The notes under the pieces were generated by a model. The model did no database searches, was not told where the DNA came from, and saw only the letters and a list, made by a program, of their open reading frames with translations. Below are positions 55,601-63,047 of a stretch of 64,000 bases of DNA, piece by piece. Position 1 is the first letter of the stretch. Each line of letters opens with the position of its first letter. This DNA is from Prevotellaceae bacterium UBA1391 (GTDB lineage Bacteria; Bacteroidota; Bacteroidia; Bacteroidales; Bacteroidaceae): contig DBQP01000007.1 in the NCBI GenBank assembly GCA_002305265.1, positions 29,429 through 93,428 of the forward strand. The letters run 5' to 3'. The translations under genes and the position numbers were made by a program.

Positions 55601-56399
55601 CTTCGATAGGATAGATGGCATAGTCAGTATAGTTGCTCTGCCATCCCGTACCGGGAATCCAGATGATTCCTGTGAAGCCATTGGCGCGGATTTTGTCGAC
55701 GATGGGCTGAAAGAAATCGTGCAGCGCCTTCGGATCACTCTGTCCGTTGGCGTTCTTCAGATTCACAGGCTCGTTGCCGAGTTCCAGCGAAATCTGACCG
55801 CTGTATTTCTTGACGGTGTCGTTTTGCGAGACAATGTCCCACACCTCCATCAGATATTGATGATAGGCATCTCCCACCTGCACAGTGCCGGGGAATACGC
55901 CGGGCGGACGCATGATGACGTAGAGGCCATGCCCGATGGCCCGACGCGCAATGGTCGTGTAGAGGGAACGCAGGTAGGTCCTGAGCCGAACAGGGGAGAA
56001 CTGGCTGATATTGGCCTCTCCACCGTCTTCGGTCGTTCCGTCGGCTTTTGTGATCGGCACTCGTGTCTTGGTCGGGTCGTTAGTCCAACAGGGGTCGAGG
56101 TGCAGACGGAACAGATTGCAATAGGCACCGCTGGCTGTATCGGTGATGGCTGTGAACAACTTGTTGAAGTAGTTGATGCACGGCGTCACGGTGGAACTGT
56201 TGCAGCTGTTGCCCCAGCGGTAGTTGTTGAAGTAAGGACTGGGCGTGTCCATCACTCCGTGAAGAACTACTTTGTTGCCATACGGGTCCTTCAACTGATT
56301 GCCCTCGACGTGCAGTGGTGGCGTGTTGCCATATTGCGCGAAGGCGATTGCAGGCAGAGCGAGGAGCACTGCGACAATTGTTTTTTTCAGACTTTTCAT
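52671..56399 (-). CDS. Multidomain T9SS-secreted xylan-active enzyme: GH5 - GH43 - beta-sandwich - Big_2 - unknown domain - T9SS CTD
   Basis: ORF trimmed to MKSLKKTIVAVLLALPAIAFAQ at 56399 (1242 aa). The GH5 clan-A motifs are ELGNEP (acid/base) and ITEVDWS (nucleophile). GH43 motifs are FPDPDIIRV, QWAPSL and EGSHFY. An Ig-like Big_2 segment follows. The C-terminus EYFTIDGRRSNGLEPGISIVRK...KLLNK resembles a T9SS sorting domain. Confidence 0.8.
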   Translation of the reverse strand: MKSLKKTIVAVLLALPAIAFAQYGNTPPLHVEGNQLKDPYGNKVVLHGVMDTPSPYFNNYRWGNSCNSSTVTPCINYFNKLFTAITDTASGAYCNLFRLHLDPCWTNDPTKTRVPITKADGTTEDGGEANISQFSPVRLRTYLRSLYTTIARRAIGHGLYVIMRPPGVFPGTVQVGDAYHQYLMEVWDIVSQNDTVKKYSGQISLELGNEPVNLKNANGQSDPKALHDFFQPIVDKIRANGFTGIIWIPGTGWQSNYTDYAIYPIEDDNFGYAVHNYVGWYGGDDTKSAKDSTAYIQQFLKQVPVVKDKPIVITEVDWSPKKEGTGHYNEHGEWVESNYGTWATGSTSKWGGVYKSLLDHFGNISMTLSGTACYIDIDEYINNKKVVPAFQGVEEACGEACFKWYKEYAQVDMPRPEMTRLSTSDNGFGKFTNPLINADFPDPDIIRVEDTYYLASTTMFYFPGVTLLKSKDLVNWEYCANPLTKINDTDAYNLLNGKNWYSKGQWAPSLNYHNGKFYINFIAFGDDGGDFMLTATDPEGEWTMTKLKGFYYDSGFLFDDNRDHLSGLGPNGELNGDGNIYVVAGIGDLTVTQLNANFEEIKSQKVISVGNGCEGSHFYHIGDYYYIYSTYGGTEGSQTIFRAKSPFGPYEEHDGRIFANQHIHQGGLVETQTGEWWTILFKDAGAIGRIPYLEPVKWVDGWPVLGNSGIDVSKNGVAYSKPNVGKTYPRTYLPTNDTFTEAKLGMQWQWNHNPDNSAWSLYEQPGQLRLHTASVSTELIDARNTLTQRMFAYNVEGTASDKYMDTYGTIALDTYGMQEGDVAGLTIFQDPYAYIAVKMIDGKRRLVQYRSVYEDGWGDNVYEVPAQEVVGDEITQDKIYLRAIANFGTSKAKFYYSYDNETWIPFGNEMSMRYTLKIFVGNRFGIFNFATKQLGGYVDIDWFSTEPTYSESRFYGPGILSTYTKEDLTLKTLTLSKTSYTLVPGSYQPLDLQATFASGDVRSVANQCSYQISNPNVVSIVSGRIRTMAEGTAEVTATYTDVLGNMQSVTFSVEVTTFPLTAEAFNPSIYGTGKFQQSLKALTTSTYGFGGWEYSGGVDLSAHKYLVVKLRRQASSMPSFRLFDSASYWSTPYAVDMTGKVSVVIDLQNMTKEDGIICDPSHIYIAGFWSHGGTAIYIDSVFLSDDGVNPTAILNVASDSEVVGKEYFTIDGRRSNGLEPGISIVRKTHADGTVSSEKLLNK

Positions 56400-56467
56400 G
56401 ATATGTGCTTTGATGGTGTACTGTTTGGTTGTACAGTTACTGTTCAAAAGACGTTCTTTCTACGTTG

Positions 56468-56475
56468 CAAAGATA
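56468..56475 (-). promoter_or_regulatory. Bacteroidota -7 box (TATCTTTG on minus strand) for the GH5-GH43 gene
   Basis: Plus strand reads CAAAGATA, 69 nt upstream of the ATG at 56399. Confidence 0.4.
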
Positions 56476-56696
56476 CGACGGTTCTTCTTGAAATGATATC
56501 ATTTTTGTTCCATTTAATTATCGATTCTGTTACATCCTTGGCCCTTGAGCTAGGATTAGGCGTATCGGGCTTCATGATGAGGGGCGCGACCAGTCTGTTG
56601 GACGCGCCCCTCGGGGAGTTAGTTGCTATAAGAGTATAGCTGGATTGGTGTTATTTAGTTGGTTTCTTACGTGTGCGATTTGGAATCAGCCTGCGC

Positions 56697-59600
56697 TTAC
56701 TTCACGAGCACCTTGCGCACCTTGCCGTCGCTCATCTTGATGATGTTGATGCCGCGCTGCATTTCATTCACCTGACGTCCGTCTACTGTGTAGATCTTGA
56801 CAGCCTGTGCATGGTCGGTTGCTACGGAATCAATGGAGGTTGGAACAGCTGTGCCAAGATAGAAGAGCTTGAAGTTGTCGAAGATGATCCAGTCGTCGGA
56901 GATGGTCTGGTCTTTCTTCAGACCGAGCGTGATGTTGCCACCTTCTTCTACCATCACCTGAACCTTGTTGATGTAGGCTCCGCCGTCGTTCTGGAAGCGT
57001 GCGTTGGCGCCGCGCATCGAGTTCGGGAAGAAGTAGCGGGTGTCGCCGTCCAGGCCCCATGCATCGTAGATCCAAGCTTCGTTGGCGTCTACCTCGTTGA
57101 GGTTGCCGTCGTTGTCATACTGCTGCTTCCAGGAAGTCACCGTATAGGTGGTCTCGCCGGTCTCAGCGTTGATGTCGGATGTTTCCTCAACCCAGGCACG
57201 TACCTCGACATTCTCCTGACCTTCTTCAGCGTTCGGATTCGTGGTCACGAAGTTGTATTCGGTGAAAGAACGCTCGGTGAAGTTGGCGTCGATGTTGGCG
57301 ATGCTGACGAGCGATGTCTCGCGGTCGTTGGCGAAGAGCTTGGCGTTGGGCACGAAGTCGTTCTCGGATACCTCTGGGAAGCGGGTGTGACGGAAGGCTG
57401 TCTGGATGTTGCCATCGCGGTAGAAAGCCTGAACCTGAATCTCGTATGCACCAGCCGGGAGGTTGCGCAGCGTCTGGCTCATGTAGAGGTTGGCGTTGTA
57501 GCGCTCGGCATTCTTGAGTGTGCCGTCTACTGCGAAGTCGCCGTCCCATCCAGTCTTGCCATTGTTGAACTGCGGGTTGATGAGGAGTACGGTTGCATCC
57601 ACAGGCTTGGTCTCAGATGCTGCGTCCATGTTGAGGTTTTTCAGGATGTTCTTGTTGTAGACACCTGCCAGAGCGGTCTCGTAGGCCTCGAGGGCTGCGG
57701 CGTCGGCGTATGTGCCTGCCATCTCAGCCACCTGCTGGTTGACGAGGGTTGCCAGTTCCTCACTGGTGTCGGCTACCTTGTAGTTGTCGACTGTCGAGAA
57801 GTAGTGCTTGTAAGCATTCAGGTCGCTGTTCAGGGTCTTGACGTCCTCATAAGTCGTTGCGGGCTCGTTGTAGATGTCGAACGTGTGGAGTGTGGCGGCG
57901 TCGATGGCTGCTTCCACAGCGGCGCGGAAGGTCTCGTCGGCTGCATAGCGCTCGTTCAGCTGGTTCTTCAGCGTCTCGAAGCCCTGGGTGGCGTCGTTGG
58001 CCGTGAGGTAGCTGTTGGCAGCGCTGATGTAGGCTTCAGCATCTGCGAGCAGAGCCTTCACATTGTCATACACTTCCTTGCCTTCAATGGTGGCAGGAAT
58101 CTGGTTGAGAATGCCCATGACGTATGTCTTGTCGCCCTGGAGCTGCAGCAGTTCTGCTGAGGCCTTTGCGGCTGCCACCTTGTCGGCCATGAGTGCTGTG
58201 AAGTCGGGAGTCTCACCGTAGTAGAGGAGCTGCATGCCGGTGAAGGATGCAAAGCCGTTGGCGAAGAATTCCACGGTGGCCTTTCCGTCCTTGACCTCAA
58301 TCATGTCGGTGGAGTAGTAGTTCCAGCCGCTGGTGTTGGTGTTGCCGATCCACCAGCCGGAGGTTGTCGTAGTTTCCTTGGACTTCATCTTCGTACCGCC
58401 GGATTCGATGGCTACACCCAGGTTGGCCGGGTTTGCAGCATTCCAGTCGTTGTTCCAGGTCATACCCATGCCCTTCACGCTGTAGAATCCGTTGGGCAGG
58501 TTGGAGAGGTTCTGCTTCACGCCGCAACCGTTGGTCTCAAGGCCAGACCAGTGTTTCACGCTGGTGAAGGCATGGTTGTAGTAGTAGGCGAAGGAAGTCC
58601 AATTGTTGGTGCCGTACTGATACCACGTGTATTCTGTGCCTTCACCCGAAGATGGCGGGTTGTGGATGTCGGTCGTGCGTACGTGGTCTGCGCTGTTGTA
58701 CACGGCATCAGACTCCATCGTGTCGCTCCAGCCTTTCAGGCCGTTTTCACCGTTCAGCACGATGTTGTTGGGAATCCATTTGTTGGTCGATGCGTCGTAG
58801 GTGGGATTGTATTTCGGGAAGCAGAAGAATGGGTCGGCCACAACGGTGAGGAAGTCCCACGCGCCGTTTACTTTCTCCTGCGACATGGCGTAGTCAGCAC
58901 GTGCCTTGGCCATGTCTGCGAGTGCCTGCGAATAGTCTGCGCCTGTGGTGGTCACGAAATCGCCGCCGTCCTTGCCCTCGTCAACAATGCTGCGGGCCTT
59001 GGCGATGGCTGCCTTGAATGCGTCGACGCCAGGATAAGCATATACTTCGCTGTTCTGCTCGGAGAGGGATACGAGACGGGTGAGAAGCTTGGCATCGCTG
59101 TAGTATTTCTTGTAGTTCTCTACGACGGCTTTCAGCTTGGCGATGCCTTCTTCGATTTCGGCTACGGTTTCAGCAAAGGCATACTCGTCGATGATGCCGT
59201 CCTTGTCTTCCAGGAAGTGGTCGCCGAGGCCGGGGAACTCTTCGTTGTAGATTTCCTCGTAGGTCTCAGCCTCGCGCTGTGCCTCCTCAAATTTCTGCAT
59301 GGCGATGAATACACGTGCACCTTCGCCTGCGTTGTCATTGTAGGTAGCGGTGAAGTTGCTAAAGATTAACCAGTCGCCTGAGATCGATGCCGTCTTACGT
59401 ACGCCGATGCGCACGAGGCCAGTCTTGTCGTTTACCACCGGAAGATAGTTGTGGTAGTAGTCGTTCATGAACCACGTCTCGGCGCCCACCATGGAGGCCG
59501 GCACGTAGTAGGTTGTTCCGTTTGCCGTGTAGCTGGCGTCGCTCATCCAGTCGGGGCGGTCGCCGTCCTTCATGTAGAGCTGCTGGTCGCATTCGCTGGA

Positions 59601-60122
59601 GGCAATGCTGACGAAGTCTTTCGTCCAGCTGTCGCCGCGGAGCTTGTAGGTGCCGTCTGGGTTCATGACGGGATTTCCGTTCTCGTCTGCCTCGAGCAGC
59701 TCGACGAAGAACACGGCCTCAATCTTCTCGGTCTTGTTCCAGTACTCGTTCTGCCAGGCGCCCTCGTGGCGATAGAAGCCTTGCACGCCGAAGGTGTAGA
59801 AGCCTTCGGGCAGCGTGAACACCTGATAGATTTCCGAATTGGCATAGTTGTAGTTGTTGGCGTAGTTGTACATTTCCACGAGCTTGTACGTACCGAAGCT
59901 GTCGCTATGGCCGGCATTGGCATTGCCGCCTCCCTGCCATGGTCTGGCTTTTTCTTCTTCCGTGGCTTCCTCCGTCGTGTTGCGTAGCCCCGAGAAGTCC
60001 TCCAATGTATACTCTTTCCAGTCGAGCAGGCTCGTGACGTCCTGACCCTTCGTCCAAGTCGTCTGTGCGCTCACACTCACTGCAAAGAACAACATTGCTG
60101 CAGATGTAAATAATGCTTTCAT
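56697..60122 (-). CDS. Large T9SS cargo protein of unknown function: three CBM-like beta-sandwich modules separated by long helical spacers
   Basis: Signal peptide MKALFTSAAMLFFAVSVSAQ. There are three modules with paired motifs: LPEGFYTFGVQGFYR...GDWLIFSNFTATY, LPNGFYSVKGMGMTW...FASFTGMQLLYYG and LPAGAYEIQVQAFYR...DDWIIFDNFKLFYLG. They are separated by A/E/K-rich linkers of about 150-190 aa. The C-terminus KIYTVDGRQVNEMQRGINIIKMSDGKVRKVLVK resembles a T9SS sorting domain. Confidence 0.7.
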   Translation of the reverse strand: MKALFTSAAMLFFAVSVSAQTTWTKGQDVTSLLDWKEYTLEDFSGLRNTTEEATEEEKARPWQGGGNANAGHSDSFGTYKLVEMYNYANNYNYANSEIYQVFTLPEGFYTFGVQGFYRHEGAWQNEYWNKTEKIEAVFFVELLEADENGNPVMNPDGTYKLRGDSWTKDFVSIASSECDQQLYMKDGDRPDWMSDASYTANGTTYYVPASMVGAETWFMNDYYHNYLPVVNDKTGLVRIGVRKTASISGDWLIFSNFTATYNDNAGEGARVFIAMQKFEEAQREAETYEEIYNEEFPGLGDHFLEDKDGIIDEYAFAETVAEIEEGIAKLKAVVENYKKYYSDAKLLTRLVSLSEQNSEVYAYPGVDAFKAAIAKARSIVDEGKDGGDFVTTTGADYSQALADMAKARADYAMSQEKVNGAWDFLTVVADPFFCFPKYNPTYDASTNKWIPNNIVLNGENGLKGWSDTMESDAVYNSADHVRTTDIHNPPSSGEGTEYTWYQYGTNNWTSFAYYYNHAFTSVKHWSGLETNGCGVKQNLSNLPNGFYSVKGMGMTWNNDWNAANPANLGVAIESGGTKMKSKETTTTSGWWIGNTNTSGWNYYSTDMIEVKDGKATVEFFANGFASFTGMQLLYYGETPDFTALMADKVAAAKASAELLQLQGDKTYVMGILNQIPATIEGKEVYDNVKALLADAEAYISAANSYLTANDATQGFETLKNQLNERYAADETFRAAVEAAIDAATLHTFDIYNEPATTYEDVKTLNSDLNAYKHYFSTVDNYKVADTSEELATLVNQQVAEMAGTYADAAALEAYETALAGVYNKNILKNLNMDAASETKPVDATVLLINPQFNNGKTGWDGDFAVDGTLKNAERYNANLYMSQTLRNLPAGAYEIQVQAFYRDGNIQTAFRHTRFPEVSENDFVPNAKLFANDRETSLVSIANIDANFTERSFTEYNFVTTNPNAEEGQENVEVRAWVEETSDINAETGETTYTVTSWKQQYDNDGNLNEVDANEAWIYDAWGLDGDTRYFFPNSMRGANARFQNDGGAYINKVQVMVEEGGNITLGLKKDQTISDDWIIFDNFKLFYLGTAVPTSIDSVATDHAQAVKIYTVDGRQVNEMQRGINIIKMSDGKVRKVLVK

Positions 60123-60382
60123 ACAGTAAGGATTGTTTTTGAGTTAGTAAATCAGTTGAATCTATTTTTATGTGTTTTGTCTATGGTGTCTGGTTCTCGG
60201 TTCTTTGCTGCGCTTAGGTGTTGCTTGGCGTCTCGCTCGGACCGGAGTACGTGGACGAGGGGAGGATGCAGGATGCAGTCGGATGGAGTTTGTGCTTTTT
60301 CATGTAATGTACACCGGTGTTTCGAATTTGATATACATATATTATAGTACGCCTCGGGGACTGTCTGTTTTTTTAGTTGTTG

Positions 60383-60390
60383 CAAAATTA
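60383..60390 (-). promoter_or_regulatory. Candidate -7 box (TAATTTTG on minus strand) upstream of the T9SS cargo gene
   Basis: Plus strand reads CAAAATTA, about 260 nt upstream of the ATG at 60122, which implies a long leader. Confidence 0.35.
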
Positions 60391-60703
60391 TCGGTTTTTG
60401 TTACCTGCGTCTGTAATTTTTGCGCGCAAAAGCTTTAGAATTTGATACAACTGCCGTTATTCTCGCTTTTCTTGCGTTTTTTTCGGCTTGTCTTATCTTA
60501 GAAAGGATGTAAAGTGTTTGGAGGCGGGGGACTGTTGCGGCTGTTCCCGTTGGACGGCGCTTTTGCATATGGATATAGAAGCGGAATAACAGAATTGACG
60601 TAGTAATCCATCCGCAGTCTTGCATCTCGGGCTGGATGCGTTGCCTCGGCGGCGGCGCCGAGTTGCGCTTGTCGCATGTGTGGGGAATCCACGCTGGTGG
60701 TAT

Positions 60704-60757
60704 GAAGGCCTTCATGGCGGTTTACGAAGGCCTTCGTATCGGTTTGCGAAGGCCTTC
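60704..60757. repeat. Triple-palindrome element, locus E: three perfect GAAGGCCTTC copies
   Basis: 10-mers start at 60704, 60726 and 60748, spaced 22 bp. Confidence 0.9.
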
Positions 60758-60889
60758 GTGCATTTATGCGGAGAACGCTGTGCTCCATCTCGTCTGCCTG
60801 GGTGCTGAAATGAGAAACAGCAGCGGCAGCCCGAGTAGGGGCCGCCGCTGTGGTGGGAGTGGGAATGCTGTGGAATGAGCGTACCATCA

Positions 60890-61861
60890 TTATTCTGCCA
60901 TGCCGTCGATGGTGACGATGGAACCGTCGGGGCGATACTCAAGGGGACATACCTTGAGACTGCGGAGCCAGGTGCGTCCCCCGGAGGGCACGGAGTCGTG
61001 ATGGAAGAGATAGCTTACGCCATCCTTCTCGAGGATGCAGTGGTGGGTGGTCCAGCCAACAACTTCCGTCAGGATCTTGCCCGCGTAGGTGAAGGGCCCG
61101 TAGGGATTGTCGCCAATGGCGTAGCAGAGATTGTGGGTGTCGCCTGTGGAGTAGCTGAAATAGTAGCGTCCGTTGTGCTTGTGCATCCAGGAGGCCTCGA
61201 AGAAGCGGCGCTCGTGGTCGCCGGTCTTGAGGGGCTCGCCGTTCTCGTCGAGGATGACGATGGGGCGGGGCTCCTCGGCAAACTGGAGCATGTCGTCGCT
61301 CAGGCGGGCCATGCGGGAGGGGATGGCGGGCTGGTCGTCGGCAGGGAATTCGGCCGCCTCGAGCGCGCGGTTGTCGCGGTAGCGCTGGAGCTGGCCTCCC
61401 ATGAGCCCGCCGAAGTACATGTAGTAGGTGCCGTCGTCGTCCTTGAACACGGCCTGGTCGATGGAGTAGGAGCCGCGGATGGGGTCGGGCAGCGGGGTGA
61501 AGGGGCCATAGGGATGGTCGCTGATGGCCACGCCGATGCGGAAGATGTCGGTCTTGTCCTTGGCGGGGAAGTAGAGATAGTACTTGCCGTCCTTCTCCTG
61601 GCAGTCGCAGTCCCAGAGCTGGCGTGTGGCCCAGGGCACGTCTTTCACGTCGAGCACGACGCCGTGGTCGATGACGGGGGCGGTCATGGGGTCGCCGTCG
61701 ATGGAGAAGACGTGGTAGTCCTTCATGTCGAAGTGGCTGCCCCAGTCGTCTTCGGGAATGCCCGACTCGTAGTCGTGGGAGGGATAGATGTAGATTTTGC
61801 CTTCGAAGATATGGGCGGCAGGGTCGGCGAAGTAGTCGGCCGGTACGAGATAGCGTTTCAT
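60890..61861 (-). CDS. Cytoplasmic GH43 beta-xylosidase / arabinofuranosidase
   Basis: No signal peptide. MKRYLVPADYFADPAAHIFEGKIYIYPSHD...LWDCDCQEKDGKYYLYF...SIDQAVFKDDDGTYYMYFGG, a GH43 pattern. Confidence 0.85.
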   Translation of the reverse strand: MKRYLVPADYFADPAAHIFEGKIYIYPSHDYESGIPEDDWGSHFDMKDYHVFSIDGDPMTAPVIDHGVVLDVKDVPWATRQLWDCDCQEKDGKYYLYFPAKDKTDIFRIGVAISDHPYGPFTPLPDPIRGSYSIDQAVFKDDDGTYYMYFGGLMGGQLQRYRDNRALEAAEFPADDQPAIPSRMARLSDDMLQFAEEPRPIVILDENGEPLKTGDHERRFFEASWMHKHNGRYYFSYSTGDTHNLCYAIGDNPYGPFTYAGKILTEVVGWTTHHCILEKDGVSYLFHHDSVPSGGRTWLRSLKVCPLEYRPDGSIVTIDGMAE

Positions 61862-61890
61862 AAGCGATGTATGTGTGTGATGATAGGTTG

Positions 61891-63000
61891 TTAATTCATT
61901 TTGGCTTTCTTGATGAGGGCCTTGACGAATGGTTTCGGCTGGAGCTTGCGGTCGAAGGCGAGCGGATAGTCGGTCCGTCCCGGCATCGGCCAGTCGTTTT
62001 TCCAGCTGTCGGCATCGCTCACGCCCCAGAAATTGACGCGGGTGATGGCGTCGGCATGCCGCAGATAGATGTCGAAGAGGCGTTCATAGAAGGCATCCTG
62101 CTTGCGCTGCATGTCTTTGCTGATGCCATTCTTGAACGGGTTGAGGCTTTCCTGATAGGCAAAGTTGGCGTCGATGTTTGCACCCTGATTGCCTTCTGGC
62201 CACGGGAGGACCGAGAGGTCGAGCTCGGTGATCATGACCTTGCAGCCGGCGTCGGCCAGCGCTTGGATGGTTTTCTCATATTCGACGAGGTCGGTGTCGA
62301 ACGACACGTGCGACTGCATGCCCACTCCGTCGACGCGACAGCCTTTGGCACGCAGCCTTTTCACAAGTTGGATGGCGGCATCGCGCTTGGCGGGAAGGTG
62401 CATGGAAAAGTCGTTGTAGAAGAGTTGTGCTTCAGGATCGGCGGCATGTGCGGCCTTGAAAGCAATCTCGAAGTAGTCTTCGCCGATGATTTCCAGCCAG
62501 GGAGTCAGGCGGAGCGTGCCGTTGTCGTTGAGCGCCTCGTTGACTACATCCCAAGCCTTGATACGGCCTTTGTAGCGGCCGACAACGTTCTGGATGTGAT
62601 TTCTCATATAGTGGATGGCTTCGTCGCGCGTCCATCGTGTGCCGTCGCTGTGGTGGAAGAACCAGGTGGGCGGCTGAGAATGCCAGACGAGGCAATGCCC
62701 GTAACAGTCCTGCTTGTTTTTCTGGCAGAGCTCGACGAGACGGTCGGCGTCGCGGAAGTTCCATTGTCCCTCAGCGGGCGATATGACTTCGCCCTTCATG
62801 CAGTTTTCGGCAACGAGACAGTCGAACTGCGTGCGGATGAGCTTTTCCATGGCTGGAGAGGGCGAGTGGACCTGCGTGACGTTGACAGCGGCTCCGATAG
62901 AGAACTTGCCAGCAAAGGCGCCGCGCAGCGTGTTGGTTTGCGCACTGAGCGAGAGCGTAGAGAGCGTGACGCAGCAGAGTGCGGATGTGAGTTTATTCAT
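61891..63000 (-). CDS. GH10 endo-1,4-beta-xylanase (lipoprotein or secreted)
   Basis: Signal peptide MNKLTSALCCVTLSTLSLSAQ. GH10 motifs ...AENCMK..., HCLVWHSQ, WDVVNEA (acid/base) and ITELDLS (nucleophile). Confidence 0.9.
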   Translation of the reverse strand: MNKLTSALCCVTLSTLSLSAQTNTLRGAFAGKFSIGAAVNVTQVHSPSPAMEKLIRTQFDCLVAENCMKGEVISPAEGQWNFRDADRLVELCQKNKQDCYGHCLVWHSQPPTWFFHHSDGTRWTRDEAIHYMRNHIQNVVGRYKGRIKAWDVVNEALNDNGTLRLTPWLEIIGEDYFEIAFKAAHAADPEAQLFYNDFSMHLPAKRDAAIQLVKRLRAKGCRVDGVGMQSHVSFDTDLVEYEKTIQALADAGCKVMITELDLSVLPWPEGNQGANIDANFAYQESLNPFKNGISKDMQRKQDAFYERLFDIYLRHADAITRVNFWGVSDADSWKNDWPMPGRTDYPLAFDRKLQPKPFVKALIKKAKMN

Positions 63001-63047
63001 GCGTTAACGAGTTTGTTCAGACGTTAAGTAGAGAGAATCGGGGGGAG

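Noticed and set aside
56579-56612. GC-rich hairpin GAGGGGCGCG...CGCGCCCCTC as the terminator of the T9SS cargo gene
   Set aside because: The 10-bp stem is real, but no U-tract follows on the minus-strand transcript. I left it uncalled rather than annotating it as a terminator.
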